Notes under the pieces: model-generated
Told to the model about the DNA's origin: nothing
The model's database searches: none
The model's input: the letters and a program-made list of their open reading frames with translations, nothing else
Shown here: one piece after another, positions 1-8,989 of the stretch
How the letters are laid out: each line of letters begins with the position of its first letter
Numbering within the stretch: position 1 is the first letter of the stretch
Position numbers and translations under genes: made by a program
NCBI GenBank assembly: GCA_043801595.1
Contig: JAZDLW010000007.1
Location: forward strand, 1-24,661
Length of the DNA stretch: 24,661 bases
Reading direction: 5' to 3'
From: Candidatus Aenigmatarchaeota archaeon
Lineage (GTDB): Archaea; Aenigmatarchaeota; Aenigmatarchaeia; JACPZZ01

Positions 1-669
1 TGAAGCGTTTTCATTGCTCAAAAAAATCGTTTCGTTTTCTTTTTCCGCTCGGATCATTTCCCATCCCAATATATGATCTGGAATGCCGGTTATCCATTCA
101 ATGTCCGAGTATCCTTCCTTTTTCAGATCTTCCAGCGCAAGCGCAAATGTGTCGTATTTTATTGCAATCGCTGTAGGGTTCGTAACGCTTAACGCTGTTT
201 CAACAGCTAATTGCAGGAATTTTTCCCTGTACGCCTGTATTGCTTCTTTGTTTATTGATGGTGCATCAGGCTCGTATTCACGCGAACGGTCGAACGGGTA
301 TGTTGAAATTCCAGCGGACATATTGTGCCCGTAATATACGGATCGCAGTTTTCCTTTCCCGTCGACCATCGGGAAATACATTTCATACATATCACCCTTT
401 GATTTGTTTATCCACACTCTTCCTTTTTCGCCCGGAAGTTTCGGGCCGTAGAACTTTCCCCATTCGGATATCCAGCTTCTGGAAACGTCCAAAGTTTTCA
501 TTATTGTTTTATCAGGCACGTCTTTGTCTTTCGGATATCCGAGGAAAAATCTGTTTTTCAAACAGGAAGACCATAAGCCGACAACGTTCGCATAATCGTG
601 GATGGATAAGTGCCATCCTGCGTCATGGTATTCTGGTTTATGCAATTCTGAATTTTGTGCATTCATCAT
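1..669 (-). CDS. Hypothetical protein, 3'-truncated by window edge (>=223 aa, MMNAQNSELHKPEYHDAGWHLSIHDY...)
   Basis: Manual translation: open frame from ATG at 669 to position 1 with no stop. It starts 1 nt after the stop of the 671..988 gene. Absent from the ORF track because it has no stop in the window. Confidence 0.8.
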   Translation of the reverse strand, partial: MMNAQNSELHKPEYHDAGWHLSIHDYANVVGLWSSCLKNRFFLGYPKDKDVPDKTIMKTLDVSRSWISEWGKFYGPKLPGEKGRVWINKSKGDMYEMYFPMVDGKGKLRSVYYGHNMSAGISTYPFDRSREYEPDAPSINKEAIQAYREKFLQLAVETALSVTNPTAIAIKYDTFALALEDLKKEGYSDIEWITGIPDHILGWEMIRAEKENETIFLSNENAS

Positions 670-670
670 A

Positions 671-988
671 CTAAACCGCCTGTTTGCCGTATCGGCTTTT
701 TACATCTCTGACAACTTCCCATATGCCTGAAAAGTCCGAGTTTAAATCACCTGTAACGTACAGGATCATATTTCCTATCTTTCCGGCATAAAGCCTGCTG
801 TCAGCATCGATTATTTCGCTTATTTCGCGAACTTTGACCCATTCATCGAGGACTTCGTTTATCTCTGCCAATGCGCGTATATCCACGGCATCGAAGTTTT
901 TCGGAAAAACCTCTATAACATCGAGGTTTTGCGTGAATAAAACGCCCCAGACATTTGGAATACCCAGTTCAACAGAAGTTTGGTTCAT
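671..988 (-). CDS. Small protein, possible Roadblock/LC7 (MglB)-like fold
   Basis: 105 aa ORF tightly packed between its neighbours. The pattern IPNVWGVLF...helix...LYAGKIGNMILYVTGDLNSDFSGIWEVVRDV resembles Roadblock beta-strands plus the C-terminal helix. The fold call is inference. Confidence 0.6.
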   Translation of the reverse strand: MNQTSVELGIPNVWGVLFTQNLDVIEVFPKNFDAVDIRALAEINEVLDEWVKVREISEIIDADSRLYAGKIGNMILYVTGDLNSDFSGIWEVVRDVKSRYGKQAV

Positions 989-992
989 TAAA

Positions 993-1181
993 TCAACCTT
1001 TTCGACTTACCTTGCTCCCCTTTATCTCGCTAATCTGCGAATTAAGGAAGTTTATCTTGCTCTGGAGAAACTTGACTTCTTTTAGCGTTCTCGCACAGTT
1101 AAGCCTTATTTTGGTATCTACAAGCTGTTCCCTGTAAAGCCTAATAAGCCCTTCCGCATCATCTTTCGTTATCACGATCAT
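993..1181 (-). CDS. Small basic helical/coiled-coil hypothetical protein (62 aa)
   Basis: SD-like GGGATGTGAT upstream, 4-nt gap to the next gene, heptad-like LQSKINFLNSQISEI. Confidence 0.65.
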   Translation of the reverse strand: MIVITKDDAEGLIRLYREQLVDTKIRLNCARTLKEVKFLQSKINFLNSQISEIKGSKVSRKG

Positions 1182-1242
1182 TCAAATCACATCCCGTTGC
1201 ATTTTAGCTGTTGTCACGAGTTAGTGATATTATGATACGGTA

Positions 1243-1260
1243 GTATATAAGAATTTCTAT
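1243..1260 (-). promoter_or_regulatory. Putative archaeal BRE-TATA for the leftward operon
   Basis: Minus strand reads ATAGAAATTC-TTATATAC. It resembles ATAGAAACGC-TTATAAAG upstream of the ribosomal operon. Confidence 0.5.
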
Positions 1261-1359
1261 TGTATAGTAGTGACAATCCTTATAAACTGATATATCTATG
1301 CACTATAAAGGCGATTTTTGTATACAGAACATCTTTGATCGCCTTAAGGCGCATTGCTT

Positions 1360-2487
1360 ATGAACGAAATGGCAAGACTGCTCGGTAAGTACCAGAGACC
1401 TGTTTTAGCTCTGGACACGTCAACATTAGTCAGCCTTGGCCAGAATGATATAGCTACAATATCCGCGCTTTCTAGGCTTGACCGCGAGTTAATGCACGCG
1501 AGCGGTTACGAGGTCGTGGTTCTGGAGCATGTTGCAAAAGAATATGCTCGTTTTTATGACGAAAGTGTTTTGGGGGATTTTGGGATCCCGAAAGCATCGT
1601 TGAACGTCCTTGAATCGCTTGGTTATTCCAGGTTTCCCGATCATTTGAGAACTAGGATAATCGATGCACAGAAACTGTGGAAAGAGGCATCGCCTAAATC
1701 GCCTAAAAACATTGGTCTTCAGAGTGACAGTCAAAACAACGGCCACGTTAATTATGCTCTGCGCAGATTATCGGTCCTGCCGTCAAGGTCTGATCAGGAG
1801 CTTTTAGCATTTACGCTAGAACAGGCAGAAAACAGCAGGCAATGTTATGTTTTTTCCAGGGATGAGGATATCATTGGTCCTGTCAAAAATTTGTCGAAAA
1901 AATATCCGTGCATACATTATGTTGGTTACGGTGTTGAGCGTCCGAGCCTTTTATCCGGCAAAAGAAAGCCCGTACTCATTACGCCTGAAGTTGCCGGCAC
2001 GCTCTATAATTTGGAACAGAATGAACCTCTTGAAAATTACCTGCTTTCAGCAAAAGTACCTTTTGCCGGAGAGATCGTTGATATGATGGTTTCTGTGCAT
2101 CGCGTTGAAGGCGCGATAAACATCAATGAAAAGGAAGCATCGCGTCATTTGTTAAACGTGAGCGACATTGATTCGCTGGCAGGAGTCAGCGGATATAAAA
2201 AAGACATGATAAGCGAAAGGGAAAATGCAAAATTGAAGTCTGCGGCGCGCAGGATCAATAACAAGTACGCTGCATTGTCGTTTGTCAGCGTGTCAAGGAC
2301 AAGAAGCGGAGGTCTGTTGCGCATTGCCGAAGTGAACAGGAAGGTCCGTTTTACTTCAAACGGATTGGTCAATGATGTCGAAACTCCAGATTTGGAGTGG
2401 TTTATTGCGTATCCCAGCTATCTACGCGAGTTCTCGTCAGAAACTTCGGATTATCTGGCAGGTTTCAAAAGGGAGTTTTCCAGATGA
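1360..2487 (+). CDS. PIN-domain (putative ribonuclease) protein with uncharacterised C-terminal half
   Basis: PIN acidic motifs in the expected order: LALDTSTLV, VVLEHVAKEY, SRSDQELL, YVFSRDEDI. ATG at 1360 (ORF track start is TTG 1354). Confidence 0.75.
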   Translation: MNEMARLLGKYQRPVLALDTSTLVSLGQNDIATISALSRLDRELMHASGYEVVVLEHVAKEYARFYDESVLGDFGIPKASLNVLESLGYSRFPDHLRTRIIDAQKLWKEASPKSPKNIGLQSDSQNNGHVNYALRRLSVLPSRSDQELLAFTLEQAENSRQCYVFSRDEDIIGPVKNLSKKYPCIHYVGYGVERPSLLSGKRKPVLITPEVAGTLYNLEQNEPLENYLLSAKVPFAGEIVDMMVSVHRVEGAININEKEASRHLLNVSDIDSLAGVSGYKKDMISERENAKLKSAARRINNKYAALSFVSVSRTRSGGLLRIAEVNRKVRFTSNGLVNDVETPDLEWFIAYPSYLREFSSETSDYLAGFKREFSR

Positions 2488-2520
2488 ACAATAATAAGCT
2501 TTCGGTGCGATCCAGTATAT

Positions 2521-2952
2521 ATGAGACCGCCAGACGGCTATGTGTTTGCAGCAAGATACGAAAAACCAGCCTTTGTGTCGCGTGACGCCTATCTTTCAGA
2601 TTTGAAGCGCACTCTTGAAGCGGTCTATGATGTCATTAACCAGACAAACATCGAAGAAAAATATATCCAAAGGAAAAGAGGGATGAACGCTGATCTTGTG
2701 CGAGGGTCTACGGTGAATGGTCGCTACGTATTCGCGAGAGTGAATGCGGAAATCAGGATAGTTTCGGAGGATCCGTATCTGACTCCAAAAGTCATGGCAA
2801 AGTACAAAGGAAAGTTTGTGATCCCTCCTAAACGCGTAACATCAAAGGTGGTCAGGCTTGACACGACTGTGCATCAGATGATGCATGAACTGTTTGGCAA
2901 GGATCTGTCTGTGTCGGCAACATACGGGGAACAGGCGAAACTTCCATTGTAA
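2521..2952 (+). CDS. Hypothetical protein (143 aa)
   Basis: ATG-started ORF with protein-like composition, co-oriented downstream of the PIN gene and convergent with the next gene. Confidence 0.75.
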   Translation: MRPPDGYVFAARYEKPAFVSRDAYLSDLKRTLEAVYDVINQTNIEEKYIQRKRGMNADLVRGSTVNGRYVFARVNAEIRIVSEDPYLTPKVMAKYKGKFVIPPKRVTSKVVRLDTTVHQMMHELFGKDLSVSATYGEQAKLPL

Positions 2953-2982
2953 TTTTGTTGCTATTTGATAACCATCACAGCG

Positions 2983-4095
2983 CTATCTTTGATAATCGGC
3001 TGCTGTTTTAAGTGCAGGGTGTTCCGCATTTTTGGCGTTTAAATAACCTATGACAGCCATGCCATAGATCTGCATCAGCGCTTTCGATTCCCACATCATG
3101 TTTCCTTCGTTTTTGTCCATGACTCTTATCCGTTTGAATGCAAAATCAATATATTTTTCAAAGCCGTCTGGAAGGGCCGGTATGGGATTATCAATGGCGA
3201 GTCCGGGATACTGTACCGCAATCAAATCGCAGCCCGCTTCTATTCCGTAGATCGAATGATGGTCGAATTCGTTTTCGCTTCTTACTCTCTCTTCGGATCC
3301 GAACGCTGTTTTGATTTTTCTGGTGAACTTGTCATTCGAATATATGTGTCTCTCACAGTCATCGGATGTGCGTATTCCATAACCGATTCTTTTTGTCCTT
3401 TCATCAACGCCACGGTTTATTTCGTAAACAGGAACGTTCGTAAGGACTATATCATGAGGAGCGCTTTCGCCTGCCAGCGAAGGCAGGTCTCGAATGTTTA
3501 CACTGATTCCCTGCGAGAATGCCTGTGATAAATCCTCCCTTCCCGCCTGTAAAACTACTTTGGCGCGTTTTCTGAATAATGGAGATCCGTACATTTTCCT
3601 GCCTCTGTACCAGTTGTACGGCGTGTTCGGTTTCATGTCCGTGTTCGGACCGATGCCTTCGAAGTCGAAACCTATAGGCAGGTCGTCAAAAGTTTTTACA
3701 TGATCAAGTGTGAACCTGTTCATCTGTTCTTCTTGCGCTTCTCTTACGCTTAGGTTATCTCTGTTGTATTCCCATCTCTTAGCTGGTAAAAGGTACCATC
3801 GCTTCGGAAGGCTCCGATCATTCATAGGCGGAAAAAATTGGTTTCTTGGTACGCCGATCGTTTGGTGTTCTTTAGTTTTCTCGAGCGTCTCGAAAACACC
3901 GGTCCATCTTTCACCGACAGGCATTGTAAAATCTGGCACGTAAATCGGCAGTAGAAATCTTTTTTGGACGATTTCCCTTGTCACGCCTGGTTTGTTCCTT
4001 GTATAGTTTCCCCAGCTGACATCAATCCTTCGTAGGCTGTCTTCTAATCTTTCCTGCCATGTTGTTCCGCCGTTAATTAGCGTGTCGATGTCCAT
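2983..4095 (-). CDS. Hypothetical protein (370 aa), possible degenerate metal-binding motif (SDDCERH...FDHH)
   Basis: Long ORF with TTATAT at 4124..4119, about 29 nt upstream of the ATG, which suggests a leaderless promoter. Confidence 0.8.
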   Translation of the reverse strand: MDIDTLINGGTTWQERLEDSLRRIDVSWGNYTRNKPGVTREIVQKRFLLPIYVPDFTMPVGERWTGVFETLEKTKEHQTIGVPRNQFFPPMNDRSLPKRWYLLPAKRWEYNRDNLSVREAQEEQMNRFTLDHVKTFDDLPIGFDFEGIGPNTDMKPNTPYNWYRGRKMYGSPLFRKRAKVVLQAGREDLSQAFSQGISVNIRDLPSLAGESAPHDIVLTNVPVYEINRGVDERTKRIGYGIRTSDDCERHIYSNDKFTRKIKTAFGSEERVRSENEFDHHSIYGIEAGCDLIAVQYPGLAIDNPIPALPDGFEKYIDFAFKRIRVMDKNEGNMMWESKALMQIYGMAVIGYLNAKNAEHPALKTAADYQR

Positions 4096-4198
4096 GTAAA
4101 ATGGAAAGTGGTTTCAAGATATAAGCCTTTGATTTAAGCTCAGAACAGGCTGGTGTGATTTTATTTTTCCGCAATCCGCAGGCAACGCAAAACCTGAA

Positions 4199-5597
4199 TC
4201 AATTGTAGAGTTTTGAAACATATTCATCCAACATGCGCTGCGCAAGAACGTACGGGGCAGAAGAAATCGCGTTCCTTATCATTTCAATCCCTTTTCCGTT
4301 GCTGGAAATATGTACGGCCTCTTCAAGTTTGTCGTCGAAGTTTGACAGGCTATCATCAACCACAAAGGCGTTCTCGCCGTCTTTCAAAGCTTCGGCAGCC
4401 CAGCCTGAAAACGTAGCTGTCTGGATGCCGCCGTTGACAAGTACTTTCATTCCGCTGGTGCCGCTCGCCTCGCGGGCCGCTTCCGGTATGTTAATCCATT
4501 TCGAAGCCTTTACAAGCGCTGCGGCTTTTGCCCTGTCATAATTGGCAATATAAGCTATGCGCGGCGTATCGGAAGTCGTGATCGTCCTGATCAGTTCCCT
4601 TAGGAACCTTTCGCCGCCCTCATCAGCGGGTTTGTCGGAAAATATGAATGTTTCATTTGGAAAGTTTTTGGCACTTCTGAGAACAGCATCCGGTCTTTTG
4701 TAATCGGTAAGCCGTTTTGCATATGTTAAAGGTTCGCGCCCGTCCATGTCAAGGTCTGTGAAGTTGGAAATAACTTCGCCGTCCGCGCGCCATTTGTGGA
4801 ACGCTTCGCAGAGGTCTATTTTGTTAAGATATCTTGCCACAAGCAGTTCTTTGTCGGGTATTTTTGCATCTTTGAGCAATTCGGTTTCATTTCTCCATCC
4901 GGCAGCATATTTATCGTACAGTTGCTGCATGTGCACGCTCATCCACCCAAGAAAAACGGCGTTGGTAACCGAAGTTATTTTTCCGCTGTATTTTTTATCA
5001 GGGTAGAGTTTTTTTGTCTCAGCTTCATGCATTTTGGATACTGCGCAGATAATGTCGCTGCTATCCGCAAGGACTTTGCCAAAATCTATGCACGATTCTT
5101 CTTCGCCGGATTTCATCCATTCCAAAAACTTGTCCTCCATCAATAATTTGCAGTTGTACTTGCCGAATTTTTTGTGGCCATGCCTTTCCGACGTATGCGT
5201 GTGCCATATCAATCCTGCCCTGGCACCGTCCCCGTTTACTCTTGGGTATTATCTCAAAAAAATAGGCTTGCGTATTTTCCGTGCTGAGCGGATCAAGATA
5301 AACAGACACGTCAAAAGGATACCACTTGGTTCCGAGGCTGAGCCTGTCGACCTGGTTTTTTCTGAGCGAATCATTGCTGGCAGGTATGGCATCCGTTGCA
5401 ACCGAATAACCGTTGTTTGCTTTTGTGATTGTTTGGTGTGTTTTCATAGGATAAACCGGGGCAAACATGTAAAACGGAAGATTTCTTCTTCTTGCCTCGT
5501 AGAAAACGTCGGAAGTCAGCCCGCCCAAACCGCCTAAGCCTCCCCCGTCTATCATGTCCGTTTCAAGGGTGGCATAAATGACCGGGTTTTTATCCAT
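4199..5597 (-). pseudogene. glgP: Alpha-glucan (glycogen/maltodextrin) phosphorylase, split into two frames
   Basis: The 5' ORF (5597) has VIYATLE..GGLGGLTSD..NLPFYMFAPVY, matching YFSME..SGGLGVLAGD..LPLVGVGLLY. The 3' frame has WHTHT..GH, AVSKMH, VTNAV, YAKRLTDYKRP, KPADEGG, IANYD and the PLP-lysine motif EASGTSGMK plus GW. The span is 1399 nt (3n+1), with the frame switch between about 5248 and 5213. Confidence 0.85.
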
Positions 5598-5641
5598 GTA
5601 TAAGTAAATTGATTAAAACGTTATTAAAAGTTAACGAAAAA

Positions 5642-7804
5642 CTATTTTTCGTCTGTAAACTCGGTCAAACCTTTCGGTTCTGTTTGTTTTTCATCATCTT
5701 TTCCCGATAATTGGCGCTTGACGGATTTCGCGACATTCTGGCCGATAATCGCTGAAAGTGTCTGTTCCGGCGCCTCCCTCAACTTCTCTAATGACGTGAA
5801 TCCGGAATTGAATAATTTTCTCGCGCGGAAACGCCCGATATCCCTTAGTTTTACGAGCGGCAACAGTTCCTCTTTGATTCCGTAGACGACCCTGACGCGC
5901 GTCTTTCTCAGTTCCTTGATAACGTCTTTTATTCCGATGAGTATTGCGATTTCCTGCGCCGAATAAAAAAGCCAGCCCAGTATTGACATCTTCGAATACA
6001 GCTCACCGGGCGTCAGCCCGTACATCTCGAAAATCTGGTCTTCTGTCGCTTCTTCAGTCCATTTTCGAATCATTAACGAAGTTTTAACGGCTTTCAGGAA
6101 TTCTTCGTACTCGTAATCCCACTCGTCCGGCATTTCATGCAGCAAATCCTTGATTTTGTTCAATTCAGAATATACGTCCTTGAATTCCGCGTTTTTCACA
6201 GGCAGCAAAGGCCGCATCTCAAGCGTGTTCGTTAGCAGTTCAATCAACGAAAATGCGCCGGGTTTTTTATTTTTCGACGCTTTTAATCCCGCGATAATCT
6301 TTACAGCGGTATCAGGATCTATGTACAATTCCGATATTCGTTTTCCGATTGGCGTTGGCCGCAGCTTTTCAACATTGCTCACAATGAAATTGTTCGATTC
6401 GAGAAATTCCACGATGTTTCCGATTTTTTCAGCCATCTCCGACGACGAACCGTACTGCAGGCCGTAGAATGTCCTGGAAAAGAATTCGTATATTTCCTGC
6501 AGCGACCTGCACGTTTCCGTGGCGATCAGCGAAAGTACGTGAACGCGCAGCACCGGCTCTGAAGCAAGTTTTGAGTAAATTTCCTCGGTCTCTCCCATGA
6601 TGTAGCGTTGTGCAAGGTCCTCGCCCTCGTTTATCGTCTTTGCTATGAGTATGGATTCGCCGTGCGAATCGAATTGCGGTCGTCCAGCCCGCCCGATCAT
6701 CTGCTGGTAGTCCAGAACAGGTATGTACGACCATCCTGTTAACGCGTAATATCTTTTTGCGTCCCGGATTATAACACGGTAAGCCGGCAGATTGATGCCC
6801 ATTGCCAGTGTTGGTGTTGCTGCGATTATCTTGATCAGGTTTTTCTTGAATCCGTTTTCAATTAATTTTCTCTGCTTCGGAACAAGTCCTGCATGATGGA
6901 AAGCGGCGCCTCCGATTATGCATCTGGCAAGGCGTTCGCATTGTTTTGTTGGGTTTTCAAGGGCGTGTAAAACGTCATCCGCGATTTTTTTAAGCTCCTC
7001 CCTCTCGATTTTAGAAAGCACTTCGTACATTGCCTTTCCGATTCGTTCCGCCGTAGCTTCCGCTGATTTTCGCGTTGCGACGAACACGAGTGCCTGCTTT
7101 TTCTTGTCAACAGTATCGAGCGCTATTTTTATTTCCGGCAGATCCTCGCCGTCCAGGTTTATTTTTTCGCGCCCAAGGAACGCGATTTTTCCTTCCGCGT
7201 ACACGCCCTCGTACAATTTTACCGGTCTGTAATCTGATTCAATGACTTTGGCATTCAGCCAATCCGCTATTTCGCGTGCATTTTTTATTGTCGCTGACAG
7301 TGCAATGAACTGGGCTTTCGTTATTTTTTTTAATTTCGTAAGCAGTATCTCCATTGTCGGCCCGCGGCTGTGGTCTCCGATCATGTGTATTTCATCCGCA
7401 ACCACGAGCCCGACAGAATTTATCCACGGTACATCCCTTCGTAGAAGTGAATCCAATTTTTCCACGGTTAATATTATTACATCGTATTTTTCCAGCCAAG
7501 GATCCGAGGAGTCGTAATCACCCACTGACATTGCGACCTTTACGCCGAGTTTTTCATATTTCTCCTTGAACGAATCGTATTTCTCCGACGCTAATGCCCG
7601 CAACGGAACAAGGTATACCGCTTTTTTTTTGTTTTCAAGAACGCAGCGCAGCATCGCCAGTTCCGCAACCAGCGTTTTTCCCGAAGCAGTTGGCGCAGAG
7701 ACGACCATATTTTCGTTGTTTAAAACGCCCGCTTCAATACTCTCTTTTTGTACTGGGTTGAATGACGCATGCCCGGACAGCTTAAGAATATCTTCGGTTA
7801 TCAT
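5642..7804 (-). CDS. hel308: Ski2-like ATP-dependent DNA helicase Hel308/Hjm
   Basis: APTASGKT, DEIH, LSAT, FHHAGL, TLAMGINLPA and QMIGRAGRP motifs, C-terminal helix-hairpin-helix IGRFRARKLF, 720 aa. Confidence 0.95.
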   Translation of the reverse strand: MITEDILKLSGHASFNPVQKESIEAGVLNNENMVVSAPTASGKTLVAELAMLRCVLENKKKAVYLVPLRALASEKYDSFKEKYEKLGVKVAMSVGDYDSSDPWLEKYDVIILTVEKLDSLLRRDVPWINSVGLVVADEIHMIGDHSRGPTMEILLTKLKKITKAQFIALSATIKNAREIADWLNAKVIESDYRPVKLYEGVYAEGKIAFLGREKINLDGEDLPEIKIALDTVDKKKQALVFVATRKSAEATAERIGKAMYEVLSKIEREELKKIADDVLHALENPTKQCERLARCIIGGAAFHHAGLVPKQRKLIENGFKKNLIKIIAATPTLAMGINLPAYRVIIRDAKRYYALTGWSYIPVLDYQQMIGRAGRPQFDSHGESILIAKTINEGEDLAQRYIMGETEEIYSKLASEPVLRVHVLSLIATETCRSLQEIYEFFSRTFYGLQYGSSSEMAEKIGNIVEFLESNNFIVSNVEKLRPTPIGKRISELYIDPDTAVKIIAGLKASKNKKPGAFSLIELLTNTLEMRPLLPVKNAEFKDVYSELNKIKDLLHEMPDEWDYEYEEFLKAVKTSLMIRKWTEEATEDQIFEMYGLTPGELYSKMSILGWLFYSAQEIAILIGIKDVIKELRKTRVRVVYGIKEELLPLVKLRDIGRFRARKLFNSGFTSLEKLREAPEQTLSAIIGQNVAKSVKRQLSGKDDEKQTEPKGLTEFTDEK

Positions 7805-7918
7805 TAGGAGAACTTTGTGATTTGGTATTAAAAGTTAAGCTGTATGAAAGGTTCCGACAAGGTTGTGTGCAAAAGCGCTTAAAAGGGATTTTAAATCCTT
7901 ATCATTGTTATTTCGTTC

Positions 7919-8986
7919 ATGCGAATCGTTGTAATCGGGGCGGGAAAGGTGGCTCTTGAACTGGTCAGACAGACAGCAACCAACCCCGCTTATCAATACG
8001 TTGGAATCAGCGACAGCAGCGTCACAGTTACTAAATATAGCGGTTTCACACCCGATGAAATGATGGGAATAGTGGCGTACAAAGCGAGGGGCGGAAAGCT
8101 CAGAAATTACGAAGACGGCCGCAGTTGGGTAACAGAGCGACCAGACGACATTTTGGATCAGAGGATCAACGTCGTTGTCGATGCATCAACACACCAAACT
8201 TATGGCTTATTGATGCGAGCTTTGGACAATGACATAAATATTGTTGGCTCGAACAAACTTCCATACGCAGACGTGTCGCCAGCAGATTTCAAGAGATTGT
8301 ATTCAAAGGCAAAGAAAAAAAGGAAGACTATAGATAATCGAACTGTCGTGAGTGCTAACCTGGGAACTCTTAGGAGAATCGAAGAATTCGCGCACACAGC
8401 AGGCGGTGTTTCGTACATCAAAGGCTGTTTAAGCGGTACATGGGGTTATATTTCTTGGAAAATTAATCAAGGCGTTCCGTTTTCTCAGGCTGTATATGAA
8501 GCTAAAGAAGCCGGCTACACAGAAACCGATGCTCGCATTGATTTGAGAGGGACGGATTCCGCAAGAAAAGCAGTAATAATGGCGCGGACGAACGGCGTGC
8601 CGCTCGGACTTGCCAATATACAAGTGGAAAAGATTCTTTCTCCGGAAATCGAGAACGCAGGCGCGGAAGACGCTTTGAAATTATTGCCTACGCTAGATGA
8701 AACAATTAAGGGGCGCGTAGCTGTTGCCATAGAAAAAAATTGCACGTTACGATATGTCGGAGAGCTGGATTTTGACAAATGGGTATTTGAAATCGGCTTT
8801 AAGGAGATACCTCTGGATGACCCGCAAGCTTTTACCAGAGGTACTGATAACAAAGTTACCATGTTTCCGAGATATTGGAATGGCAAAGCTCTCAGCATCG
8901 AAGGTCCCGGCGCAGGTATAGAAGTAACCGCACAGGGTTTGATGGCAGGGCTTTATGATTTATCGTTGAATCATCTAATGGTGTAA
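7919..8986 (+). CDS. hom: Homoserine dehydrogenase (ThrA/MetL HD-domain type), divergent
   Basis: Rossmann GAGKVA, SNK, GCLSGT, GYTETDARIDLRGTDSARK with catalytic D/K, and GPGAGIEVTA. Confidence 0.85.
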   Translation: MRIVVIGAGKVALELVRQTATNPAYQYVGISDSSVTVTKYSGFTPDEMMGIVAYKARGGKLRNYEDGRSWVTERPDDILDQRINVVVDASTHQTYGLLMRALDNDINIVGSNKLPYADVSPADFKRLYSKAKKKRKTIDNRTVVSANLGTLRRIEEFAHTAGGVSYIKGCLSGTWGYISWKINQGVPFSQAVYEAKEAGYTETDARIDLRGTDSARKAVIMARTNGVPLGLANIQVEKILSPEIENAGAEDALKLLPTLDETIKGRVAVAIEKNCTLRYVGELDFDKWVFEIGFKEIPLDDPQAFTRGTDNKVTMFPRYWNGKALSIEGPGAGIEVTAQGLMAGLYDLSLNHLMV

Positions 8987-8989
8987 AGT

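Noticed and set aside
83..674. Plus-strand ORFs 83..334 and 240..674
   Set aside because: Shadows of the longer open minus-strand gene 669..<1.
5256..5262. T7 run as the programmed frameshift site of the phosphorylase
   Set aside because: The required +1 frame hits TAA at 5251..5249 immediately after the run, so the switch must lie downstream of it.
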